A stretch of 32,000 bases of DNA from Candidatus Minimicrobia sp. QA0096 (GCF_963967315.1 NZ_OZ017288.1:480001-512000); one strand, 5' to 3'. Positions 16,954 to 25,568 are shown, counted from the first letter of the stretch. Numbers and translations are program-made. The notes: generated from the letters alone by a model not told the origin.

Positions 16954-17937
16954 ATGGTAAAAAAGACTTCTGAAGATAAAACACCGCTAGTATCAATTAT
17001 TACTGCGACTTATAACGATGAATTGTATATAGAAAATTCTATTCGCTCTGTTCTATCTCAGGACTTTACTGATTTTGAATATATTATCATAAACGACGGC
17101 TCCGTTGACAATACAAAAAAAATCGTTCAGCGCCTTCAAAAAGAAGACAGTCGCATTCGCCTCATTAACCAACAGAATAAGGGTCTTGTTGCTTCGCTTA
17201 ATCGTGGTATAAGTGAAGCCAAGGGAAAATACATTGCTCGAATAGACGGGGATGACGAATGGTTGCCTCATAAATTAAAAACTCAGGTTGATATGCTGGA
17301 AAATGATGACGAGCTGGTTCTCGTTGGCGGGGGCGCAGAAATCATTAACCAAGACAGCGTACCTACTGGTTTTATTATTAACGTTACTCGCGACAAAGAT
17401 ATTCGGCTTGGTCTTTGTATTTTTAACCAATTCTGCCATTCATCAGTAGTTTATCGTAAACAGACAGCAATTGAGGCGGGGCTATATCCTAATACGTGTC
17501 CAGCCGAAGACTATGACCTGTTTAGCAGTTTTGCTAAATATGGCAAACTAGCTAACGTCGCTTACCCTATTTTTAGATATAGAATTAGCGATGGCAGCAT
17601 ATCAGCTCAAAGACGCGACGAACAAAATCTCCTTGCTAAAAAATTATCATATCGCAGCTGGGACACTATTTCCCCAGAGGTTACATCTAGATCAGAAATC
17701 AAACAGTCTTTTAATTATTATATGAAAAGTTCGGTTACTGACGACTTTGGAATAAGTCTTAAGCATGCGTATATATTTGTACTAATGCGCGTCGGGTATC
17801 GTATGATTAAAAAAGGCAATGTTCTACAAGGATTACATCAATTGTGGAATATCGCATCGACTGGGCGAACTGCTGCCAGAATAGTCGTTAAATGGGGTCT
17901 TGATATTATCAAAATCAAGCTTCACCCGTCAAAATAG
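16954..17937 (+). CDS. Glycosyltransferase family 2
   Basis: VSIITATYNDELYIENSIRSVLSQ...IIINDGSVDNT and ARIDGDDEW (DXD) motifs. 327 aa. Confidence 0.9.
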   Translation: MVKKTSEDKTPLVSIITATYNDELYIENSIRSVLSQDFTDFEYIIINDGSVDNTKKIVQRLQKEDSRIRLINQQNKGLVASLNRGISEAKGKYIARIDGDDEWLPHKLKTQVDMLENDDELVLVGGGAEIINQDSVPTGFIINVTRDKDIRLGLCIFNQFCHSSVVYRKQTAIEAGLYPNTCPAEDYDLFSSFAKYGKLANVAYPIFRYRISDGSISAQRRDEQNLLAKKLSYRSWDTISPEVTSRSEIKQSFNYYMKSSVTDDFGISLKHAYIFVLMRVGYRMIKKGNVLQGLHQLWNIASTGRTAARIVVKWGLDIIKIKLHPSK

Positions 17938-17949
17938 ATTTTCTCTATA

Positions 17950-19131
17950 TTATTTCTTACTGGTGTGCCACTTACGTGGAATCATAGTTAAGCCGCCAAA
18001 TGAATGCTCGACTGCGGAAAAATCATTCGTAATAATAAATTCTTCAGCACGATACATCACGTCATACTTCACGGTGCCGTTGTGATTGAGCAGATTAATG
18101 TCGACATAATACGACCCTGGACCTAAATTTGCTTCAATATCAAGAGTTAATTTATTATCGCTAGGCAATTTAGGAAATCCCTCTCTGTTGGTGATAAAAT
18201 TCGATACCAAATTGCTGTCTTTACGATACAAATCTACCATAATAGCCTTAGTCTTATCATTATCCCATGACAAGTCAAGAGAAATCGTTTCTCCCACTTT
18301 AAAGCTACGGCGCTTCTTACCCGTTTTATCGTATATGGCGGTTTTAATATTTTTACCTGTATATTGATGTCTTTGGTCTACAGCTTTATCTATTACAGCT
18401 TGATTGAGCCTACTATATTCATCCGCAACCTGCACTGGACTACCTTCTTTAATAATCTTACCCTCGTGGATCAATACGGCTCGATTACAAAACTTTTTAA
18501 CAGTATCCATATCATGCGTAACCAATATAACCGTTTGCTTGCTGGACTTGTATTGTTCAAAAATGTCTATACACTTACGCTGAAAAGCTTCATCACCAAC
18601 AGCCAGCACCTCGTCAAAAATCATAATATCATTGCGCGCTTTTATTGCTACTGAAAACGCCAAACGAACCTGCATACCCGATGAATAGTTCTTTAATTTC
18701 TGATCCATAAATGGCTCAAGCTCCGCGAACGAAACGATATCATCATATATCAGTTCCATTTCCTTACGCGTAAATCCAAGTAGAGCACCGTTCAAAAAAA
18801 CATTATCTCTACCAGACAGTTCTGGGTTAAACCCAACCCCCAACTCTATGAAAGGCGTCAATTTGCCATTTATTTCAATGCTTCCGCTCGTTGGCTGATA
18901 AACTCCAGCTAGCATCTTAAGCATAGTACTCTTACCTGAACCGTTTCGGCCAACAACACCAAAAAAATCACCTTGATTCACATTAAAGCTGACACCGTCC
19001 AACACTTTCTGAACTGTCTTTTTATTCTTCTTAACAATGTTAACAAAGGCGCTTTTAATACTAGAATTCTTTGACTGTGGAAGAATAAATTCCTTATGTA
19101 TATCTTTTACTACAATTGCAGGTTTTGTCAT
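17950..19131 (-). CDS. Polysaccharide/teichoic-acid ABC exporter ATP-binding protein (Wzt/TagH type) with a C-terminal beta-rich extension
   Basis: Walker A GRNGSGKST, signature YSSGMQVRL, Walker B IMIFDEVLAVGD. About 140 extra C-terminal residues occupy the position of the Wzt carbohydrate-binding domain. GGAGGA Shine-Dalgarno 7 nt upstream. Confidence 0.9.
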   Translation of the reverse strand: MTKPAIVVKDIHKEFILPQSKNSSIKSAFVNIVKKNKKTVQKVLDGVSFNVNQGDFFGVVGRNGSGKSTMLKMLAGVYQPTSGSIEINGKLTPFIELGVGFNPELSGRDNVFLNGALLGFTRKEMELIYDDIVSFAELEPFMDQKLKNYSSGMQVRLAFSVAIKARNDIMIFDEVLAVGDEAFQRKCIDIFEQYKSSKQTVILVTHDMDTVKKFCNRAVLIHEGKIIKEGSPVQVADEYSRLNQAVIDKAVDQRHQYTGKNIKTAIYDKTGKKRRSFKVGETISLDLSWDNDKTKAIMVDLYRKDSNLVSNFITNREGFPKLPSDNKLTLDIEANLGPGSYYVDINLLNHNGTVKYDVMYRAEEFIITNDFSAVEHSFGGLTMIPRKWHTSKK

Positions 19132-19938
19132 TTAAATGTCCTCCGCGAAAAATCGTTGTCTGCGCTGAAAATACCAACTTCCTAAACCAAATATCACAAT
19201 AACTATAATGATTGGAATAAACCACAATAACGGATTATGAAAAGTCTGCCAAATAGTTTGAGATGCGGGATTATTAGGCATTAAAGCGTGTCTGGCATCT
19301 TGGATAATCTGTGTAATTGGATTTAAAAATGCAATCTTTTGTATGACTGACGGCATAGAAGTAACCGCAAAAATAATACCGCTCGCATAAAGTCCTGCCT
19401 GCAATAAGATTTCCCATATATAAGCAATATCGCGAAATATCACATAAAGAGCAGAAAGTAGCAAGGACAGTCCAACGGATAATATAAATAGCTCAGCTAT
19501 AGCTGGAATAAGTAGCAACCACGAAAAAGTAGGAAATAAACCACTAAGAAACGCAAAAAGTATCACCACTATCATTCCTAAGCCGAGGTTAATAAGCGCC
19601 GACACACTGCTTGCAATAACCAGAAGATGTCGTGGAATTGCCACCTTGCGAATCAATTGTCCATTATCAACAACGGAACGCGTACCTATCATAGTAGCCT
19701 CAGAGAAAAAGTTCCACAACACAATTCCCATTAGCAGCCAAACCCCATAAGATTCAATACCTTTACTACCCTGAGGAAATGCATATGTAAACAACACATA
19801 TAAAATACCAAACATAAACATAGGTTTTAAGAGAGACCAAACATATCCCAAAACTGAACTTTGGTATCTTACTTTAAAATCTGTACTAACTATTGCGCGT
19901 AAAATCGCCTCATTTTCTTTATTCACAAGAATACGCAT
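19132..19938 (-). CDS. ABC-2 type polysaccharide/teichoic-acid exporter permease (Wzm/TagG type)
   Basis: N-terminal DFKVRYQSSVLGYVWSLLKP motif typical of ABC-2 permeases, with six or so hydrophobic helices. It abuts the ATPase gene with no gap. Confidence 0.9.
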   Translation of the reverse strand: MRILVNKENEAILRAIVSTDFKVRYQSSVLGYVWSLLKPMFMFGILYVLFTYAFPQGSKGIESYGVWLLMGIVLWNFFSEATMIGTRSVVDNGQLIRKVAIPRHLLVIASSVSALINLGLGMIVVILFAFLSGLFPTFSWLLLIPAIAELFILSVGLSLLLSALYVIFRDIAYIWEILLQAGLYASGIIFAVTSMPSVIQKIAFLNPITQIIQDARHALMPNNPASQTIWQTFHNPLLWFIPIIIVIVIFGLGSWYFQRRQRFFAEDI

Positions 19939-19947
19939 CTCCTTACG

Positions 19948-19956
19948 ATTATATCA
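19948..19956 (-). promoter_or_regulatory. Extended -10 (TGaTATAAT) 9 nt upstream of the Wzm-type permease ATG
   Basis: The minus strand reads TTTGATATAAT-cgtaaggag-ATG. The 11-mer TTTGATATAAT is the same as at rnpA. Confidence 0.45.
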
Positions 19957-19974
19957 AATTGCATAAAAAAGATA

Positions 19975-19980
19975 TATACT
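19975..19980 (+). promoter_or_regulatory. TATACT 7 nt upstream of the ATG at 19988
   Basis: gatataTATACTctatagtATG with no Shine-Dalgarno. Located in the divergent spacer shared with wzm. Confidence 0.4.
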
Positions 19981-19987
19981 CTATAGT

Positions 19988-21136
19988 ATGAGTGCTTTAC
20001 GAATCGTCTTAGTACGCAACGCCGCATCTTATGATTTCGGCGGGGGTGAGCGTTTTCCTATTTTCCTAGCAAAAGAACTACAAAAATTAGGACATTTTCC
20101 AATAATTCTAAGTCACCATAAAAAGTTGCGTGATTACGCTGAGCACGAAAACATTCCACATTATCGATCTTGGTGGTGGCCTAAACAAAATTGGAGCGGA
20201 AAAAATGCTCTGCTTGTGCCGTTTTATATATTGTGGCAATTATTGCTGACTATATATTACGCCATTCAGTTTAGTAGATTTAAAGCGGACGTTGTACACT
20301 TGCAAAGTAAAGATGATTTCATAGCTGGATCTATTGCCGGAAAACTTGTTGGCGCTAAAGTGATTTGGACTGACCATGCCGATCTCAAACATGTCTGGAA
20401 AAATATCTGCGTAAAACATAAGAATCCAACAGGCAAGTTGGTTGCGTGGTCAGCTCGCTTTGCCGATGCTATAACCGCAGTCAGTAAAAGTGAACAAACT
20501 CTTATTTCCAATAATCTACCCGCAAACTCGCCAATTCGCAATAAAATAATCGTTATTTATAATGGAGTTGAAGATCAAAAGCAAAAATACGAATCGCCTA
20601 AGAATACGGTATTTACTTTCTGCATATCCGGTCGCCTTGTCATAGACAAAGGTATTGGAGAAGCGATTACTGCTTTTAAAGAATTTAACGCTACGTATAA
20701 AAATTCACAATTAGTACTTATTGGTGATGGCCCTGATCGATTACAGTTTGAGCAACAAGCCAAAGGGCTACCTGTTACTTTTTATGGATATAAGACAAAT
20801 CCCCTACCTTATGTCGCATCCGCTGATATATATCTACATCCAACATATCATGAGGGATTTAGCGTTTCCTTAATTGAAGCTAGCATGCTAGGGCTGCCTA
20901 TCATAGCAACCAATGTCGGTGGAAATCCAGAAATTATTCACAATAATAAAACGGGGCTTCTCATTCCTTCTAAAAACGCATCAGCATTACAGGATTCTAT
21001 GAAAAAATTATATGAAAACGACAAGCTCAGAACCAGCCTATCTATGGCAGCTCGACAGCAATATTTAGACTTATTCGTATTTCACAACATAGTAAAGACG
21101 CAATTTATTCCTATATACGAAAATGGTATACTTTAA
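19988..21136 (+). CDS. Glycosyltransferase family 4
   Basis: EX7E motif (EGFSVSLIEASMLGLPIIATNVGG). 382 aa. Confidence 0.9.
   Translation: MSALRIVLVRNAASYDFGGGERFPIFLAKELQKLGHFPIILSHHKKLRDYAEHENIPHYRSWWWPKQNWSGKNALLVPFYILWQLLLTIYYAIQFSRFKADVVHLQSKDDFIAGSIAGKLVGAKVIWTDHADLKHVWKNICVKHKNPTGKLVAWSARFADAITAVSKSEQTLISNNLPANSPIRNKIIVIYNGVEDQKQKYESPKNTVFTFCISGRLVIDKGIGEAITAFKEFNATYKNSQLVLIGDGPDRLQFEQQAKGLPVTFYGYKTNPLPYVASADIYLHPTYHEGFSVSLIEASMLGLPIIATNVGGNPEIIHNNKTGLLIPSKNASALQDSMKKLYENDKLRTSLSMAARQQYLDLFVFHNIVKTQFIPIYENGIL
21124..21132 (+). promoter_or_regulatory. Extended -10 (TGgTATACT) 7 nt upstream of the ATG at 21140
   Basis: aaaTGgTATACTttaatatATG. It lies inside the 3' end of the preceding GT4 gene. 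Confidence 0.35.
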
Positions 21137-21139
21137 TAT

Positions 21140-22273
21140 ATGAAGATTCGTATCGAAACTGCTGCATTAACTGCCCCAAATATATCTGGAGTAGGTCATT
21201 ACACACGAATGCTCACTAACAGCCTAGCTATCTATTCTCCATCAAATACGGAAATATCCGCATTTTATTTTAATTTTCTTAGCAAACATAAAGATCCCGA
21301 ATTAAATAAAGCCGTCAAGCACGAAAAGCATATTTTTATGCCGCAGCGCTTGTTTACAAAACTTCAAAGTTACAATATTCCGCTGCCGTATGATCTATTT
21401 TCCCCTCGCGTAGACGTATCTATATTTCCAAATTTTGATCTATGGACGACAGTAAAATCCTCCATCTCCGCCGTAGTTATTCACGACCTTGGATATTTAT
21501 ATTTTCCTGAGACCATCGAGCAACGCAACTTGGCGCATCTTAGGAGATGCGTTCCTCGCTCTGCCAAAAAAGCCGATATCATCATTACAGTTTCAGAGTC
21601 AATCAAATCAGAGATTATCGCCGAGTACAAAGTCCCCGCATCAAAAATTGTTGTAACACCTATACCAGCAGACCCAATCTATCGCCAACCTAGCACAATA
21701 GACGTTGCAACCAAATATAACTTACCAACCAAACGATATATTTTTTCAATCGGCAATTTAGAGCCGCGCAAAGACTTACCAACAATGATAGCCGCTTTTC
21801 GATCACTACCGAAGGAAATTCGCGAAAAATATTCCCTAGTCTTAGCAGGCGGAAAAGGATGGAAAACGGAATCCACTGAGCTTGCCATAAAGGAAGCACA
21901 AGCTGCGGGAGAAAATGTTATACGTCCAGGATATATACCTCAAGAAGACGTTCCTGCATTCTATCAACAAGCCGACCTTTTTTGTATGAGTTCTATCTAT
22001 GAAGGTTTTGGAATGCCTATCGTCGAAGCCTTAACGAGCGGAACTCCTGCTGTCGCTTCAGATATCCCAGTATTGCGTGAAGCTGGAGGTGATGCTATTT
22101 TGTACGCTCAACCCAAAAATCCCGAAGATTTTGCTGAAAAGATTTTATCTATATTATCCAATCCGAACAGCCGTAAAGAAATGAGTGATCGCATGCAAGT
22201 ACAGGTGCAAAGAATTTCGTGGGAAAAGAATGTAGACACCTTGATGAAATCATTTGAAGAAGCTTTGAAATAG
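21140..22273 (+). CDS. Glycosyltransferase family 4
   Basis: EX7E motif (EGFGMPIVEALTSGTPAVASD). 377 aa. Confidence 0.9.
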   Translation: MKIRIETAALTAPNISGVGHYTRMLTNSLAIYSPSNTEISAFYFNFLSKHKDPELNKAVKHEKHIFMPQRLFTKLQSYNIPLPYDLFSPRVDVSIFPNFDLWTTVKSSISAVVIHDLGYLYFPETIEQRNLAHLRRCVPRSAKKADIIITVSESIKSEIIAEYKVPASKIVVTPIPADPIYRQPSTIDVATKYNLPTKRYIFSIGNLEPRKDLPTMIAAFRSLPKEIREKYSLVLAGGKGWKTESTELAIKEAQAAGENVIRPGYIPQEDVPAFYQQADLFCMSSIYEGFGMPIVEALTSGTPAVASDIPVLREAGGDAILYAQPKNPEDFAEKILSILSNPNSRKEMSDRMQVQVQRISWEKNVDTLMKSFEEALK

Positions 22274-22275
22274 TT

Positions 22276-23223
22276 ATGAAAACCATCACCCTTCTCATTC
22301 CTGTCTACAACGAAGAATCCGTTTTGCCGCAATTATTTAAGCGCTTGGACGAATTTACAAAAAACACACCCAATTATCAATTCGAATTTTTCTTCATAAA
22401 TGACGGCAGCATCGATAAATCTTTTTCAATCATAGCCGAGCAATCGAAAAAAGATTCTCGAATTAGCTATATAAATCTATCGCGAAACTTCGGTAAGGAA
22501 ATTGCCATGATAGCTGGAATTGACCACGTAAAAAGTGACGCTCTGGTGATTATCGATGCAGATTTGCAAGACCCGCCAGAGATCATCCAGGAAATGATTT
22601 CGTATTGGGAAGATGGTTACGATGACGTCTATGCTCGCCGCAACAATCGACAAGGCGAAACCTGGCTGAAGAAAAAAACCAGCCAATGGTATTACAGAAT
22701 ATTGCAAAAATCGACCAACATCCCCATTCAGGTCGACACTGGAGATTTTCGCTTACTGGATCGCCGATGCATTGAGGCTTTGCAAAAATTCCGCGAATCT
22801 CAACGCAATACAAAAGCGATTTTCAGCTGGATTGGATATAAGAAAAAAGAGATATTTTATGATCGCGACCCCAGATTAGCTGGTCAAACCAAGTGGAATT
22901 ACCGGAAACTACTCAATTTGGCAATTGACGGAATTACCAGCTTTACTACCGCACCGCTACGCATGGCAACTATTTTTGGATTTATCATTTCGTTTATTGC
23001 TTTTGTCTGGATTATTTATCTTTTAGTTCGCCCTTTGTTCGGAGTTTCCACTGGCGCTGGATATTCTTCCTTAATGGCAGTTATCTTATTCCTCGGCGGA
23101 GTTCAGTTATTATCCCTGGGTATAATTGGTGAATATGTAGGACGAATATTTATTGAAACAAAAAACAGACCATTATATTTAATAGAGGAGTATCATGCAG
23201 GAAATATTAAAAAAACACGCTGA
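22276..23223 (+). CDS. Polyprenyl-phosphate glycosyltransferase (GtrB/CsbB/ArnC-like GT2 with two C-terminal TM helices)
   Basis: LLIPVYNEE, FFFINDGSIDKS, VIIDADLQDPP, TGDFRLLDRR, then two TM helices and EYVGRIFIETKNRP. These are canonical for this family. Confidence 0.9.
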   Translation: MKTITLLIPVYNEESVLPQLFKRLDEFTKNTPNYQFEFFFINDGSIDKSFSIIAEQSKKDSRISYINLSRNFGKEIAMIAGIDHVKSDALVIIDADLQDPPEIIQEMISYWEDGYDDVYARRNNRQGETWLKKKTSQWYYRILQKSTNIPIQVDTGDFRLLDRRCIEALQKFRESQRNTKAIFSWIGYKKKEIFYDRDPRLAGQTKWNYRKLLNLAIDGITSFTTAPLRMATIFGFIISFIAFVWIIYLLVRPLFGVSTGAGYSSLMAVILFLGGVQLLSLGIIGEYVGRIFIETKNRPLYLIEEYHAGNIKKTR

Positions 23224-23629
23224 TAAATTCAGGTTTCTCATTGTCGGCAGTACTAATACAGTACTAGATTTTGGCATACTTTTTAGCCTAACAATCTTTT
23301 TAAATATCCCAAAGGAGTTTGCTAATTTCATATCAACATTCGTTGCTTTTTTGTTCTCATTTTTTGCAAATAAAAAATATACTTTCAAGTCAACATCCCA
23401 AAACTTGAAAAAACAATTTCTTTTATTCGCCGCAGTTACACTATTTGGTTTATGGGTAATTCAGACAATTATCATCACTATTATCACACCGATATTTATA
23501 AACTTCGGATTAAATAAATCACTTGCTCTATTAATTAGCAAGCTAGCCGCCACGGTAGTCAGCCTCGTCTGGAATTACGTTCTATACTCCAGAATAGTCT
23601 TTAAAGACACTAAGAACTCTTCTGACTAA
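23195..23629 (+). CDS. GtrA-family small membrane protein (putative lipid-linked sugar translocase)
   Basis: KFRFLIVGSTNTVLDFGILF N-terminus and four hydrophobic helices. 144 aa. GAGGAG Shine-Dalgarno 4 nt upstream. It overlaps the upstream GT2 gene by 29 nt. Confidence 0.85.
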   Translation: MQEILKKHADKFRFLIVGSTNTVLDFGILFSLTIFLNIPKEFANFISTFVAFLFSFFANKKYTFKSTSQNLKKQFLLFAAVTLFGLWVIQTIIITIITPIFINFGLNKSLALLISKLAATVVSLVWNYVLYSRIVFKDTKNSSD

Positions 23630-24071
23630 TAATTAGCCGTCGTTCGCGACCTTCACCTTCAGAATGCGTATCAATATCACTATATTCACCAGCCAAGTGA
23701 TGCACCGTCCAGCGATCAGCAGCATTCAAATCCACTATCTTTGACTCGCCAGTTCGACGGACTTCCTCAATCCAACCGCGCGCCTTTTCGGCAATTTTTT
23801 CAGCGTGCTGCTTTTTATAGTCTGCAATGTCCAAATTAACTCGAACAGTTGACGCTTCTTTATGATGAAGAGCTGTCGACAAAAGGTTCTGAATACTGCG
23901 CAATGTTTCCGCATTTTTGCCGATTAAAATACTACTTCGCTCGCTATGCGGAATTGAAGCCACAACAATTCCATCTTCAATTTTTACTGAAACTTCCAGA
24001 TTCAAGTCAAAGAATGTTAGCAAATCCTCTAAATATTTTTTTACAAATTCAACTGTTTCAATTTGGTCCAT
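23610..24071 (-). CDS. jag: Jag/KhpB-type RNA-binding protein (KH + R3H domains, lacks the Jag_N domain)
   Basis: The C-terminus LNAADRWTVHHLAGEY...THSEGEGRERRLII is an R3H motif. It occupies the conserved position downstream of yidC. AAGGAGG Shine-Dalgarno 4 nt upstream. Confidence 0.85.
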   Translation of the reverse strand: MDQIETVEFVKKYLEDLLTFFDLNLEVSVKIEDGIVVASIPHSERSSILIGKNAETLRSIQNLLSTALHHKEASTVRVNLDIADYKKQHAEKIAEKARGWIEEVRRTGESKIVDLNAADRWTVHHLAGEYSDIDTHSEGEGRERRLIISQKSS

Positions 24072-24080
24072 AAATCCTCC

Positions 24081-24989
24081 TTAATCCTTAGCCTTGATTC
24101 GAGTTACCCTGGCCTCTGTAGCCTTTTTAACACGTTTGTCAATTTTTGTCGATGCTTTAGATTTTTTATCTGCAATTTCTTGCATTTCTTTAGAGTCTTG
24201 CTTGAAGATAATATAATTCTGGAGATATCCCACGGCGCTAGCTGTCGTCAAATAAAGCGCCAAAGCTGCCGGCAAATACACAATCACGAAGAACATCATT
24301 ACTGGCATAAATTTCATCATTTTTCGCGTCATAATAGCATTTACTTCTGCCTGATCTGCCTCTTTTCCATCACCAGCCTCAGCTAGAATATCTCGCAACT
24401 TACGATTGCTGTCAGATTGGGGTGACAATTGTTTTGAAGTTAAATATTGCAAATATGCCGCAACTGCCGCCAAAATAACCAAGCCAATAACAATTCCATT
24501 CTTTGATATTGCGTGTTGTGTCAAATCTATAATTCCCAGGAAATTCTGATTAAATTGATCTGGATTATTTACTAGATTATTAGCAACCGGCAGATTTTTC
24601 ATAAAATCATAAACATATTTTCCTAAGTCGGCGCGGCTAGAAACGAAAATCTGCACCACTCGATACATCGCAATCAAAATCGGCAACTGAATAATCATAA
24701 CACCAATTGAGCCAAAGGCACTGACGTTGTGTTTTTTATAAAGCTCCATCATCGCTAGGTTACGCATTTGCGGATTTTTTGCGTATTGTTTTTTAAGTTT
24801 TGCTAGCTCTGGCTGCATTTTACGCATGGCTTTTGCTTGGTGAAGTTGCTTTTTAATTAGCGGCCAAAGTAAAAGTCTTACAATAATCGTAAAGATAATA
24901 ACGCTAACACCAAAATCCGGAATCAGACTATAAATAGCCATTAGCAAATTTAAAATCGGTCGAACAATAAACTCATCAAAAAAACTCAT
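24081..24989 (-). CDS. yidC: Membrane protein insertase YidC (short, Gram-positive type)
   Basis: GVSVIIFTIIVRLLLWPL...KMQPELAKLKKQY motifs. Conserved position in rnpA-yidC-jag synteny. 302 aa. Confidence 0.95.
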   Translation of the reverse strand: MSFFDEFIVRPILNLLMAIYSLIPDFGVSVIIFTIIVRLLLWPLIKKQLHQAKAMRKMQPELAKLKKQYAKNPQMRNLAMMELYKKHNVSAFGSIGVMIIQLPILIAMYRVVQIFVSSRADLGKYVYDFMKNLPVANNLVNNPDQFNQNFLGIIDLTQHAISKNGIVIGLVILAAVAAYLQYLTSKQLSPQSDSNRKLRDILAEAGDGKEADQAEVNAIMTRKMMKFMPVMMFFVIVYLPAALALYLTTASAVGYLQNYIIFKQDSKEMQEIADKKSKASTKIDKRVKKATEARVTRIKAKD

Positions 24990-24995
24990 GTCTTG

Positions 24996-25001
24996 ATTAT
25001 A
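24996..25001 (-). promoter_or_regulatory. TATAAT 6 nt upstream of the yidC ATG
   Basis: The minus strand reads TAG-gcgcttttttgc-TATAAT-caagac-ATG with no Shine-Dalgarno. Confidence 0.35.
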
Positions 25002-25013
25002 GCAAAAAAGCGC

Positions 25014-25361
25014 CTATTTATACAGTTGAGCTTGAGAGAAAAGATTCTTTATTGTCTGTTTTAGATCTTTATGTGGCATCGATAAAACTTCCGCCGAAAA
25101 TATAATAACAGCCACATCTTGGTCATTTTTCATATTAGGCAGCTCCAGGCGAATAATTTCATAAACACGTCGACGTATACGATTCCGACGCACCGCTGAT
25201 TTTAGAACTTTTTTACTAACAACAACCGCAAACCTGCTGTGGCTTCGATATGGGTTCTTCACGTATTTTATCGTGGCTATAGACGAACGAACCGCTTGTC
25301 CATTTTTATAGACAAACTTAAGACTGCCATGACCATGAAACCGATTACATTGTTGTAACAT
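25014..25361 (-). CDS. rnpA: Ribonuclease P protein component
   Basis: Basic 115-aa protein with the RNR-type motif (AVRRNRIRRRVYE), located between rpmH and yidC. Confidence 0.9.
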   Translation of the reverse strand: MLQQCNRFHGHGSLKFVYKNGQAVRSSIATIKYVKNPYRSHSRFAVVVSKKVLKSAVRRNRIRRRVYEIIRLELPNMKNDQDVAVIIFSAEVLSMPHKDLKQTIKNLFSQAQLYK

Positions 25362-25369
25362 ATTTTACA

Positions 25370-25378
25370 ATTATATCA
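25370..25378 (-). promoter_or_regulatory. Extended -10 (TGaTATAAT) 8 nt upstream of the rnpA ATG
   Basis: The minus strand reads TTTGATATAAT-tgtaaaat-ATG with no Shine-Dalgarno. It directly follows the U-tract of the rpmH terminator. Confidence 0.45.
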
Positions 25379-25404
25379 AAAAATCCCGCCTTCATCGACG
25401 GGAT
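25378..25404 (-). terminator. Intrinsic terminator/attenuator immediately downstream of rpmH
   Basis: The minus strand reads ATCCCGTC-GATGAA-GGCGGGAT, an 8-bp stem including one G-U pair, followed by TTTTTT. It is the only clean hairpin plus U-tract I found in the window. Confidence 0.65.
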
Positions 25405-25420
25405 AATTTTTAGCTATCAA

Positions 25421-25558
25421 TTAAATAGCAATTTTAGCGCGGCCCTTTAGGCGGCGGCGCTTCAAAACCATCCTACCAGCCTTGGTAGAAACTCGTGCCC
25501 TAAAACCGTGCGTCTTTGCGCGGTGTCGGGTGTGTGGTTGAAATGTTCGCTTTGGCAT
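25421..25558 (-). CDS. rpmH: 50S ribosomal protein L34
   Basis: Absent from the ORF track because it is under 60 aa. My manual translation of the minus strand gives [45 protein letters not shown], matching the L34 consensus (KRTFQP...HGFR...GR.VL..RR.KGR). Canonical position upstream of rnpA and divergent from dnaA. Confidence 0.95.
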   Translation of the reverse strand: MPKRTFQPHTRHRAKTHGFRARVSTKAGRMVLKRRRLKGRAKIAI

Positions 25559-25568
25559 ATCAATAAAT

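Noticed and set aside
19939-19944. AAGGAG directly abutting the wzm ATG as its Shine-Dalgarno sequence
   Set aside because: Zero spacing to the ATG is incompatible with Shine-Dalgarno function. The nearest in-frame alternative starts are ATT at +6 and GTG at +12, both poorly placed. The adjacent TGaTATAAT box suggests a leaderless or 2-3-nt-leader transcript instead.
1-23629. The glycan locus as a horizontally acquired island or mobile element
   Set aside because: There is no integrase, transposase, tRNA target or flanking repeat in the window. By eye, composition and promoter/Shine-Dalgarno style match the core genes next to it. Acquisition cannot be excluded without comparative data.
24063-24386. 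107-aa plus-strand ORF opposite yidC
   Set aside because: It is an antisense shadow of a highly conserved gene, with Cys/Phe-rich nonsense composition and no initiation signals.
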